The notes beneath the pieces are model-generated. The model saw nothing but the letters and a program-made list of their open reading frames with translations. It searched no databases and had not been told where the DNA came from. 64,000 nucleotides of DNA, from positions 128,001 to 192,000 of the forward strand of contig CAWEHK010000033.1 in the NCBI GenBank assembly GCA_963808625.1, written 5' to 3'. The translations under genes and the position numbers were made by a program. How positions within the stretch are numbered: position 1 is the first letter of the stretch; every line of letters begins with the position of its first letter. The stretch is from an uncultured delta proteobacterium. Lineage in GTDB: Bacteria; Desulfobacterota; Syntrophobacteria; Syntrophobacterales; Syntrophobacteraceae. This document shows positions 51,934-61,280 of the stretch, piece after piece.

Positions 51934-52073
51934 CCCCCTTCCTGTCATCTTTCCTTGCCGCAGAAGTTATGCTAATACAAATCGGCAATAATGGCTAGAA
52001 GAAGGCTGGGAAACAGGCCCAGGGATGCATTTTTTCAGAGAGTTCGGAATTTGGTATTGCTATTGATGGTCGC

Positions 52074-52920
52074 GTGCTGATTTATGGTCGCTTGATCAAG
52101 TTCAGCCACACCGTTTTCGCCCTCCCTTTTGCCCTCGCAGCGATGCTGCTGGCCTATCGGGAGCACCCGATCGGGCCCTCTGTTCTCTTCTGGATTTTGG
52201 TGGCCATGGCTTCGGCACGTTCTGCGGCGATGGGATTCAATCGCTATCATCGATTACGAATACGATCGCCGTAATCCTCGCACTGCCGACCGTCCACTGG
52301 CGGCGGGTCAAATCGACAAGAAGTCCGTTCTCATCTTTGTCATCATTTCCTCAACCGTGTTCATTTTCAGTGCCGGCATGCTCGGGCGCCTTTGCCTGGT
52401 GCTTTCCTTTCCCGTGCTGCTGGTGCTCTTTTTCTATTCCTGCACGAAGCGTTTCACCCCCTTCTCCCATCTCGTTCTCGGCTTTGCCATTGGTCTGGCT
52501 CCTGCCGGGGCCTGGATCGCGAGCACGGGCGAGTGGGACATGCGCATATTGCCGCTTTCGCTGGCCCTCATGACCTATATTGCCGGCTTCGATATTCTCT
52601 ATGCCTGTCAAGATATCGAATTCGACCGCGAAGAGAAGTTATTTTCCCTCCCGGCATGTTGGGATGTGGAGCGGGCGCTCAAGGTTTCCGCAATCCTTCA
52701 CGGCTTCACTTTTCTGTTCCTCCTTCTCGTCTCTTTCGTCTTTCATCTTGGTCCCGTTTATCTGGGGATTTTGGGCTTGATCAGTGCACTGCTGCTCCTT
52801 GAACACAAACTCGTTCGACCCGACCAGCTGGACAAGGTCAACTTTGCGTTTTTCCATATCAACAGCGCTGTTTCCCTGCTTCTTTTTTTCGCAGTTCTTC
52901 TGGACACCTGGATGGCTTGA
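52074..52920 (+). CDS. UbiA-family prenyltransferase (MqnP-like); frameshift near 52247
   Basis: [47 protein letters not shown]; start approximate. Confidence 0.88.
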
Positions 52921-52937
52921 AAAGGAGGAGATCCGCG

Positions 52938-54799
52938 ATGCGCCAGCCGTATTGTTATCGAAATCTCCAGGAATTTATCGCCGCCCTGGAGAAGGCGGGC
53001 GAACTGTGTCGGGTCAAGGCCCCTGTCTCTCGAGACCTGGAAATCTCACAGATTACCGATCTGGCCTCAAAAGGCCCCGGCGGCGGCAAAGCGCTCTTGT
53101 TCGAACGTGTCGTCGCTTCGCCTTTTCCGGTTCTGACCAATGCCTTCGGCAGTGAGCGGCGAATCTGCATGGCGCTGGGGGTCCCGGACCTGGATACTTT
53201 GGCCGCGCGCGTGCGCCGTTTCGTCGGCATGGAACCACCCAAGTCACTGAAGGATGGACTGCGATTGCTTCCTCTGGGTTTGGACCTGCTGCGCTTCCTG
53301 CCCAGAACGGTAAAACGCGCCCCGTGTCAGGAGGTGGTGGCTGCTCGGGGAGCAGGTCGACCTCGCGCAGTTGCCCGTGCTCAAATGTTGGCCTCAGGAT
53401 GGTGGTCCCTTCATTACCCTGCCGGTGGTGATCACGCGCAGCCTCGAAACGCGCCGGCGCAACGCCGGCATGTATCGGCTGCAGGTTTTTGACCGCTGCA
53501 CCACGGGCATGCATTGGCACATCCACAAGGACGGTTCGCACTATTTTCAGGAATATCGTAAAAGGGGCAAACGCATGCCGGTTGCCGTCGCCATCGGAAC
53601 CGATCCGGCAACGACCTACGCCGCCACCGCACCCCTGCCCCGGGGCATTGACGAAATGATCCTGGCCGGCTTCATCCGCCGAAAACCGGTCCCCATGGTG
53701 AGATGCGTCACGGTAGACCTGGAGGTCCCGGCGGAGGCCGAATTCATCCTCGAGGGCTATGTCGATCCGGATGAACTGCGCCTCGAAGGGCCGTTCGGGG
53801 ACCACACCGGGTATTATTCGTTGGTCGGCGAATATCCGGTCTTCCACGTTACCGGCAATAACCCACCGAAAGCATCCGGTGTATGCGGCAACCCTTGTCG
53901 GACGCCCGCCAATGGAGGATTGTTATCTTGCCAAAGCCACCGAGAGGATTTTTCTGCCGCTTCTCAATGCCGTTCTGCCCGAGATTCGTGATTTCTGGAT
54001 GCCGTGGGAAGGAGTTTTTCACAACATCACGGTCATTGCCATTGAAAAGGAATACGCCGGGCATGCCCGGCGGGTGATGAGCGCCTTGTGGGGACAGGGC
54101 CAGATGAGCTTCTGCAAGGCGCTGGTCGTCGTGGATACCAAGGTGGATTTGAGCAAACCCGAGGGTGTTCTTGAGACCCTTTTGAACGAAGTTGACCTGG
54201 AATCAGATCTCTATGTGACGGAAGGCGTTCTCGACGTTCTCGACCACAGCGCTCCCGATCCTCTCTTTGGGGAAAAGCTCGGCATTGACGCCACGAGCCG
54301 CCTGGCCGACGAGAAGGTTCGCCGCCATCCGAGCGGGCCGTTGCCCCTTCCCGCCTCGACGCTCATCCACCAGGCGTTGCAGGAGATTTCACCGCTGCTG
54401 GCAGCGTTCCATGTTCCCCGATTAAAGGTCAGGAACCCGCTGCTGCTCGTCAATTTTCAAAAGGATGGGAGCCACACCGGTCGCAATGTGGCCGAAAAGC
54501 TCCTGAGCCATGATGCTCTGAAGCCTTTTTCCATAGCAATCCTCTACGATGCCGCGATCGATCTTGCGGATGCGTCCCTGGTGTTATGGAAGGTTTTTAA
54601 CAATGTGGATCCCAAGCGCGATGTGATCAGGCAAGCCGGCCGCATGGTCATCGATGCCACCAGGAAAGGACCCGAAGACGATCACCATCGGCCGTGGCCG
54701 GACGATATCGTGATGGATTTCGCGATCGTTGAAAGAGTGGCCTCGCGCGCGGAGGAATTGGGCATTCAGGAGTTTGTTCGGACCCCAAAACCTATTTGA
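52938..54799 (+). CDS. UbiD-family decarboxylase (MqnL-like, menaquinone futalosine pathway); two frameshifts
   Basis: LEI..ITD, WPQDGGPFITLP, RNAGMYRLQ, MHWHIHKDG, EGPFGDHTGYY, VGRPPMED, DVLDHS. Confidence 0.9.
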
Positions 54800-55091
54800 T
54801 AAGGTTCCCCAGAACCTCCGGGAACGCCCCGGCGACTCTCTCCGCGGAAGCCAGGCGTTCTTTCGCCCTCTCAAGAAAGGGCTGGTTTTGCGGGCCCTCG
54901 AAATGCTCCAAAGCCTCCGCGACCCATTTAACCACGTAGATATTCTCGTGTTCGACAAGCCTCTGTAACATCGCCACGCTTGCGGGAACGGGGACATTTC
55001 CGAGGACCTTGATCAGCCCCCCTTTGAGTTCATCAAAAGCAGGGTTTTCGTCGAGGACGCAAAGGTGAGGAATGTGTCCTGGGATGAGCAA
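54792..55091 (-). pseudogene. Possible HEAT-repeat-like gene fragment
   Basis: Helical-looking LIKVLG...LQRLVEHENIYVVKWVAEALE; no clear start; abuts a repeat tract. Confidence 0.3.
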
Positions 55092-55125
55092 GCTTAGGAC
55101 TTGTCCAAGAACAACAGAGCATCTT

Positions 55126-55232
55126 TCACCACGGATTACACGGCTTGCACAGATAACACGGAATACTCAGAGACACGATAGACACAAAAGAGCAGAAGTT
55201 ATTTCTTCGTGATCTTCGTGTCCTTCGTGGTT
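55126..55232. repeat. Inverted 9-mer runs (CACGGA/CACGAA core)
   Basis: caccacggattacacggcttgcacagataacacggaa ... ttcgtgatcttcgtgtccttcgtggtt. Confidence 0.8.
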
Positions 55233-55373
55233 TGAAACAGGATCGAAATGAGAGCAAGATATTTTTGGACGAACGCTTACCCTGCCCGAGCTGTCCGAGT
55301 TGCACCTTGACGCACGGTGATGAAGTGGATAAGGTGGGCCGGAAGCATCCCAACAAGGAAAAAGGCAGCGGTT

Positions 55374-55901
55374 ATGATCGATGATCCCCAGGAAGGACTT
55401 TCCGCCAGCTTAGAAGATTATCTTGAGGTCATCTACCATCTGGAGGGGTCCAACCGTGTCGCCCGGGCCAAGGACATTGCCGATCAGATGAGTGTGCAGC
55501 GCGCTTCGGTAACCGGAGCGCTCAAGGCCCTGGCAGGTCGGGGACTGATCAACTACAGCCCCTACAGCTACATCACCTTGACCTCCGCCGGGCGTACCGT
55601 CGCCCGCGATGTCATTCGCCGTCACGAAACGCTGAGAGAATTCTTCATCGCGGCGTTGCAGCTGGATCCGGAAGAGGCCGAGGCCAACGCCTGCCGAATT
55701 GAACATGCCATTGACCCCATGGCTGTCGATCGCCTGGTTCAGTTTCTCGAATTTATTAAAATGTGTCCTCGCACCGGCCTGGATTGGTTGAGCGCCTTTG
55801 CTCGATATTGTCAAAAGGGTTCCCAGACCTCCGATTGTGAACATTGTCTAAAAGAGTGTCTGGAAAGAATCAACGTCCCTCAATCGGTGCAGGCGCCTTA
55901 G
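55374..55901 (+). CDS. DtxR/MntR-family metal-dependent transcriptional regulator
   Basis: LSASLEDYLE, ARAKDIA, ASVT.AL..L, LT..G...A, RH..L..FF, ACRIEH. Confidence 0.92.
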   Translation: MIDDPQEGLSASLEDYLEVIYHLEGSNRVARAKDIADQMSVQRASVTGALKALAGRGLINYSPYSYITLTSAGRTVARDVIRRHETLREFFIAALQLDPEEAEANACRIEHAIDPMAVDRLVQFLEFIKMCPRTGLDWLSAFARYCQKGSQTSDCEHCLKECLERINVPQSVQAP

Positions 55902-56816
55902 ACCCCTACCCTTCTGACTCGATCGACGGAAAACTCCAAGAGCGTCGAGCTCTCCTCGAAGGCGACCCTGCAAAAATCTCCCAAATGTCCGGCACTCCTT
56001 TCAAAGTCACTCACGAAGGCCGACAGGTCGGCAGCGCGATACCATTCTTTATAACGTTTCAGGCCGGCCTCCAGGTGATCGAGAACGTCCTGCGAGAATG
56101 GATTCATTTGGGTAATAGCGGAGTAAAGGAGCGGGTTCTGCGCGAAGATCCGGCCGAGAAGGTTCATCTCGAGTCGATAGCTGGGGCTGGTAAATTCCAT
56201 GGTTTCGGGAACATCCACTTCCAGTTCCCGCAGCACCCTGCCGGTCAACATGGTGGTCACATGAAACAGCACCTGAATGATGCTCATCATGTGATCGTGC
56301 TTTTCCGGAGTGCATTCCTTGATGCGCATTCCCTGGCTTTCGAAGAGTCTGCGCAGACCGCTCCATGCGTGCGGATCAATGCGCACCGGACACGCCACCA
56401 TGGTTTGGCCCGAAAAGGATGAAATGTTTCCTCCGAACATGGGGTGCAGCCCCACAATAGATGATGGGGAGCACAACATGGCTTGGAGCGGAGCAACCTT
56501 GAGGCTGCTCAAATCCATGAGCAACTGCTCGGGACGAGCAAACGGGATGAGGTCCCGGATAATGCTCACCGTCTGGTGAAGCGGCACGGCAAAGAGGACC
56601 ATCTCCGATGTCCTCATGACTTCTTCATTGCTTTTCCGGCCTTGGGGTCAGCAATCGATCTACTTGATATCCCTGGGCCTCGAAGAAACTGCCAAAGAGC
56701 TGCCCCATCTGACCCATGCCGCCAATGATTCCTATCCTATTTCCGCGAACCCAGCGCTGCGATTCGTCATCTCCCTGCTCGGGCAAAAAGTGAGGGAAGT
56801 CCTGCTGTGCCTCCAT
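55898..56816 (-). CDS. tyrA: Prephenate dehydrogenase; frameshifted near 56630
   Basis: IGIIGGMGQMG, DLSSLK, GLHPMFG, HDHMMSIIQ; downstream of the DAHP synthase gene. Confidence 0.85.
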
Positions 56817-56904
56817 GCATTGTCCTTCTCGAGATCGCCTTTATGGTCAGCGATGTTCGACACCAAGTACAGCGCCACAGAATGAAGTGACCATAGACCT
56901 GACG

Positions 56905-56969
56905 CGTCATTCCGGTGAAAACCGGAATCCAGAAAGATTGCCTGGATACCGGTTTTCGCCGGTATGACG
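56905..56969. repeat. CGTCATTCCGG...CCGGTATGACG palindromic element between aroF and tyrA
   Basis: Nested hairpins ttccgg-tgaaaa-ccggaa and accgg-ttttcg-ccggt. Confidence 0.85.
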
Positions 56970-57064
56970 ATCTGAATCCGGACGCTTATTCGTGTCGAGC
57001 CTTACGAAGAGCTGTATCCCCATATGCCCTGTCATCCGGGGCTCCCTTAACGTGACCTGCGGAG

Positions 57065-58080
57065 CTAAAGAGTCCGCCCGACTGCTTCGGCCACGCGTCG
57101 GCATTCCTCGATCATGGTTGCGAAAGCCTGGGGGCGCAGAGACTGAGGGCCGTCACTGAAGGCTTCTTCCGGCCTGACATGGACTTCGACGAGCAACCCG
57201 TCGGCGCCGGCAGCGATCGCAGCTCTTCGCGACTGCGGGAACCAGGTCCGCCCGGCCCACCGCATGGCTTGGGTCCACAAATACCGGCAAATGGGTAAGC
57301 TGCTTCAGCAGGGGAACGGCACTGATGTCGAGAGTGTTGCGCGTTTCGGTTTCAAAGGTCCGGATTCCCCGTTCACAGAGGATCACTCTCTCGTTCCCCT
57401 GAGCGAGGATGTATTCCGCTGACATGAGGAACTCCTTTATGGTGGCGCTCATCCCGCGTTTCAGGATCACCGGCTTTTCGATGTTTCCCACTTCCGTCAA
57501 GAGCCTGAAGTTTTGCATGTTTCGGGTGCCGATCTGGATGATATCAGCATACCTGCAGACCAGGACCGTGTCCCTGGGGTCCATGAGCTCGGTCACCACC
57601 AGCATGCCGGTTCGTTCCCGCACGGCATCCAGGAACTTGAGGCCCTTCTCGCCCCAGCCCTGAAACGCGTATGGCGAGGAGCGAGGTTTGAACGCTCCTC
57701 CCCGGAGAAAATGGACCCCCGAAGGCAGCAGCGCCTCAGCAATTTCTTCCAGCACCTCCCGGCTTTCTATCGCGCAGGGCCCGGCAAACACCTGGATCTT
57801 CTGGCCGCCGATTTCCTGGCCGTTGACCTTGATAACGGTGTCTTCAGGTTTGAATTCCCTGCTGACCAGTTTGTAGGGCTTGAGGATAGGCAGCACCGAT
57901 TCCACTCCGGGCATCGATTCCAGGGGGACTTCCCGCAAAACCCGCTCATCCCCGATGGCCCCGACGATGGTCCGGTGTTCGCCTTTGGAGATGTGCGCAC
58001 GCAGCCCCAGATCCTCAAGGCGTCTGACAAGGCGATGAAGATCTTCCTCTTGGTGATCCGGGTTTCAAAACAATAATCAT
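57065..58080 (-). CDS. aroF: 3-deoxy-7-phosphoheptulonate (DAHP) synthase, type I-beta with N-terminal regulatory domain; frameshifts
   Basis: [78 protein letters not shown]. Confidence 0.92.
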
Positions 58081-58140
58081 GAGCTTCTGTTGCCTCCTTG
58101 AAAGAATGGCAAGGCATCTTTTGATCCCGATGCCTTGGCC

Positions 58141-58243
58141 AAATAAAAAAGGGCCGTCGGAAGATTCATTCCCACGGCCCGGATTTGTTGTTTGGATCTG
58201 AAAACAAAAGAGCCGTGGGACCACTCCGGGATACCCACGGCTT
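58141..58243 (-). terminator. Tandem attenuator terminators in the aroF leader
   Basis: Minus strand: AGCCGTGGG...CCCACGGCT-CTTTTGTTTT, then GGGCCGTGGGAA...TTCCGACGGCCC-TTTTTTATTT. Confidence 0.85.
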
Positions 58244-58255
58244 CAATGCACTCAC

Positions 58256-58342
58256 TTAGACATAAACTGGCAGCCTCACATATCCCAAGCGCTCCCTCAA
58301 CAGTCCGCTGCAATAATAATAGCGATAATAGTTCGTAAACAT
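58256..58342 (-). CDS. Tyr-rich leader peptide MFTNYYRYYYCSGLLRERLGYVRLPVYV (28 aa)
   Basis: Manual translation; SD GGGGAG; 7 TAT codons, five within codons 5-10; upstream of aroF-tyrA. Confidence 0.88.
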   Translation of the reverse strand: MFTNYYRYYYCSGLLRERLGYVRLPVYV

Positions 58343-58379
58343 TATTTCTCCCCTGTTTCACCGTTCTTGAAACAGTATA

Positions 58380-58409
58380 AGAGTAACGAAAAGGAAACGG
58401 GCCTGTCAA
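58380..58409 (-). promoter_or_regulatory. Candidate sigma70 promoter of the aroF leader
   Basis: TTGACA (58409-58404) with TACTCT 18 bp downstream. Confidence 0.5.
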
Positions 58410-58525
58410 GAACTTTTCCATCCAAGCCTTGCTGTTAGATATTCACACTTGAAAACCTGTGAAACATCTTTAAGATGGTACAAACTAAGATGAGCCAAGG
58501 CTTTGGCTCACTAGAAGAGATTTAT

Positions 58526-59381
58526 ATGACGAAAACTTCTTTGCCTTCCTATTCCCGAAAGCTCCTCGCTGTAACGTTGGTTCTCTTCATTGCTCTGGCT
58601 TCGACCAGCTGCAGCCAGCAAGGTCGTAACCGTGGCGCCGATGCGGCCTGCCGCCGTCCGGCTCCGTCTCCTCCTCCTCCGAGAGCTCCCAGCCACCCGC
58701 CTCCGCCGGCAAGGTCGTGGAAAAATGTTTCATCGATCCCGGGAGCCCTCAGACCATCACCCATGAGGTAGCTCCTCTGGAAACCATCTGGAGGATCTCC
58801 AGGATGTATGATGTTTCTCCTGAGGCGATCTATGCGGCCAACTCGCTCAAACCCGGCGATCCCAATCTACCAAGGTCAGAAGCTGATCATTCCCAATGCC
58901 AAAGGGGTTTCGGAATATTATTCCCCTCTACCCAATTCGCGCTGGAAATACATCGTCATCCACCACACCGCCACCGACGTTGGCAAGGCCTATCTCATCA
59001 ACCGGTCGCACCTGGATCGCGGTTTTTGGAATGGCCTGGGATATCATTTTCTGATCGACAATGGAACCTTGGGAAAAGGTGACGGCCAAATTGAAGCTGC
59101 GCTCCCGCTGGATCAAGCAACAAAGCGGAGCTCACTGCAATACCGGAGGAATGAATGAAAAGGGGATCGGCGTGGCCCTGGTCGGCAACTTCAATGACGA
59201 GCTTCCCACCGCCAAACAGCTGCCAGTCGTTGAACTATCTCCTGAAGACTCTCACTGACTATTACCATATTCCCCCAAGGCAACATCATCGGCCACCGCG
59301 ATGCTCAGGGGGCGGCCACGGAATGCCCGGGCAAACGTTTCCCCATGGCGAGACGTGCGCCAATGCCTCGTCAGACCCTAG
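58526..59381 (+). CDS. LysM + N-acetylmuramoyl-L-alanine amidase (Amidase_2) lipoprotein; several frameshifts
   Basis: Lipobox STSC, LysM (HEV...ETIWRISRMYDV), WKYIVIHHTAT, GLGYHFLI.NG, GAHC, IGVALVGNF, GHRD...TECPG. Confidence 0.85.
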
Positions 59382-59417
59382 AGGGAGCAATCACAAGGAC
59401 CCGATGTCTCTCTTCTT

Positions 59418-59562
59418 AACCACGGAACAACACCACGGAATACACGGAATACATGGAAAAGATCATAAAACAATCCTTTCAATGAATCCGATAGCTTTCT
59501 TCCTCGAATTTCAGTTTTCCCATTTTCTGATTTTTCCGTGTATTCCGTGTGTTCCGTGGTTT
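59418..59562. repeat. Inverted CACGGAATA 9-mer runs around a ~70-bp spacer
   Basis: aaccacggaacaacaccacggaatacacggaatacatggaaaa ... ttttccgtgtattccgtgtgttccgtggtt. Confidence 0.88.
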
Positions 59563-60124
59563 AAAGCTTTTTGAGCAGGGGCAAAGCAGCACGGAATTCC
59601 GGCGTTCCCGCTCGGTTCAGCAGTTCGAAGATGATCATTTCGGTGGAACTGATTACCGCTCCCGCCTTTTCCAGCCGCCGCAAGCCAACCTCGCGGTTGC
59701 TCGCGCTTCGCGACGTAACCGCATCGGCAGCCAGGTGCACGCGATAACCCAGCCTTAGGGCGTGGGCGCCCGTGTGAAAGATACAGACGTGGGTTTCCAG
59801 CCCTGCGAGCAGCAAGGTGCGGCGGCCGGATTCCTGCAGCGCACGGAAGATCCCTTCATTTTCAAAACAACTGAATTCGAGTTTGTTCATTACCGTCGGC
59901 TGCGGGACTCGTTCCAGCAGTTCGGGTAAGAAGCCGCCCAGTTTATCGGCGTTGTGGACCGTGAACACCATCGGGATTTCAAAGAGTTTGGCGATATCGA
60001 TCAGGGCAGCCGCATTTTTGGCTACCACATCGTGCTCCACGCACGGGTCCAGCATGACTTTCTGGATGTCCACCAGCAGCAGGATACAGTCCTCTCTTAC
60101 CAGGAACTCTGCATGTGTGTTCAT
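59561..60124 (-). CDS. Isochorismatase-family hydrolase
   Basis: LLLVDIQ, K.EFSC, AGLETHVCI, ADAVTSR, STEM..FELL; own SD GAGGGGAGG and ATG at 60124. Confidence 0.88.
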   Translation of the reverse strand: MNTHAEFLVREDCILLLVDIQKVMLDPCVEHDVVAKNAAALIDIAKLFEIPMVFTVHNADKLGGFLPELLERVPQPTVMNKLEFSCFENEGIFRALQESGRRTLLLAGLETHVCIFHTGAHALRLGYRVHLAADAVTSRSASNREVGLRRLEKAGAVISSTEMIIFELLNRAGTPEFRAALPLLKKL

Positions 60125-60138
60125 CGAGGTCCTCCCCT

Positions 60139-61280
60139 CTATTCGAGATCCGTAATTTCCATGCACAAGCTGCGCCACCCGGCCGGCCACTCCCGGCTCT
60201 CCCAGCTTGTTTCTAATCCCGGCAAGGTCCTGCCGCTGCTGTTCCAGGCGCTCCGGATGTTGCAGAAGGTTGAGCGCCTCGGCGGCAATAAGCTCGAGCC
60301 GCGCATCATGCTGCACAAATTCCGGCACAATCTGATGACCGGCGACCAGGTTCGGAAGTCCGATATAGTTCACTCGTATCAAGTGCCGACCCAGATAATA
60401 ACTCAGGTTGGACACCCTGTTGACAATGATCATCGGCGTACCCAGAATGGCGGCTTCGAGAGTTGCCGTTCCCGAGACCGTCAACAGCAGATCACAGGCT
60501 CGCATTACGCCATACGTGTCTCCCTTCACCAACCGCACCGGGAGGTTGCGATCCTGGAACGCAGCTTCAAAAGAGGATGGCTGCAGGGAAGAGGCGACGG
60601 GAATGATGAAAGAGACCTTCGGCAAATGCTCTCTCAGGATCTCCGCCGTATCCAGAAAAAGGGGAAGGAGAGAGCGGATTTCGCTCTGGCGGCTCCCGGG
60701 CAGGAGCCCAATGAGCGGTTCCACTTCCGGGGGCCGGTATTGCGCCCTTGCCTGCGCCGGCGATGGTGGGGTTGCCAGGACATCCAGGAGCGGATGTCCG
60801 ACAAAGCATACTTTCATCTCGTGCTGCGCGTAGAACTCGGTTTCGAACGGCAGAATCACTGCCATGCGGTCTACCAGGCGTTTTATGGTCCGGACCCGGC
60901 CGCTCCGCCAGGCCCAAATCTGCGGGCTGATGTAATAGAATATTTTGATGCCAAGCCGCTTGGCAATGCGGGCAAGAAGCAGGTTGAAATCCGGAAAGTC
61001 GATAAGCACTATCACATCAGGGGGGTTTTTGGCGGAGGTGGGTGGTGATCGTTCGCCACGCCCGGTAAAGCACTTTAGCATGTCCCGCAACCTCAGCGAG
61101 CCCTACGACAGATAACTGGCGATGGTCCACGAGGATCGCGGCCCCTGCCGCCTCGAGAAGAGGCCCTCCCATGCACGTGACGCGGGTGTCGGGAGCCGTG
61201 GCCAAAAGGGCCCGCACGAGATAGGAGCCATGAAGATCACCCGAAGCCTCGCCGGCACTCACAAAAATCTGATGAGTCAC
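60139..61280 (-). CDS. lpxB: Lipid-A-disaccharide synthase; frameshifts near 61035 and 60165
   Basis: SAGEASGDLHG, IDFPDFN, YYISPQIWAWR, ILPFE, FVGHPL, LLPGSR, SGTATLE, LPNL. Confidence 0.92.

Noticed and set aside
59561..61090. Apparent LpxB-isochorismatase fusion (509-aa ORF)
   Set aside because: The hydrolase has its own SD and ATG (60124), and lpxB has a natural stop at 60139 in an adjacent frame; an indel near 60165 explains the read-through.
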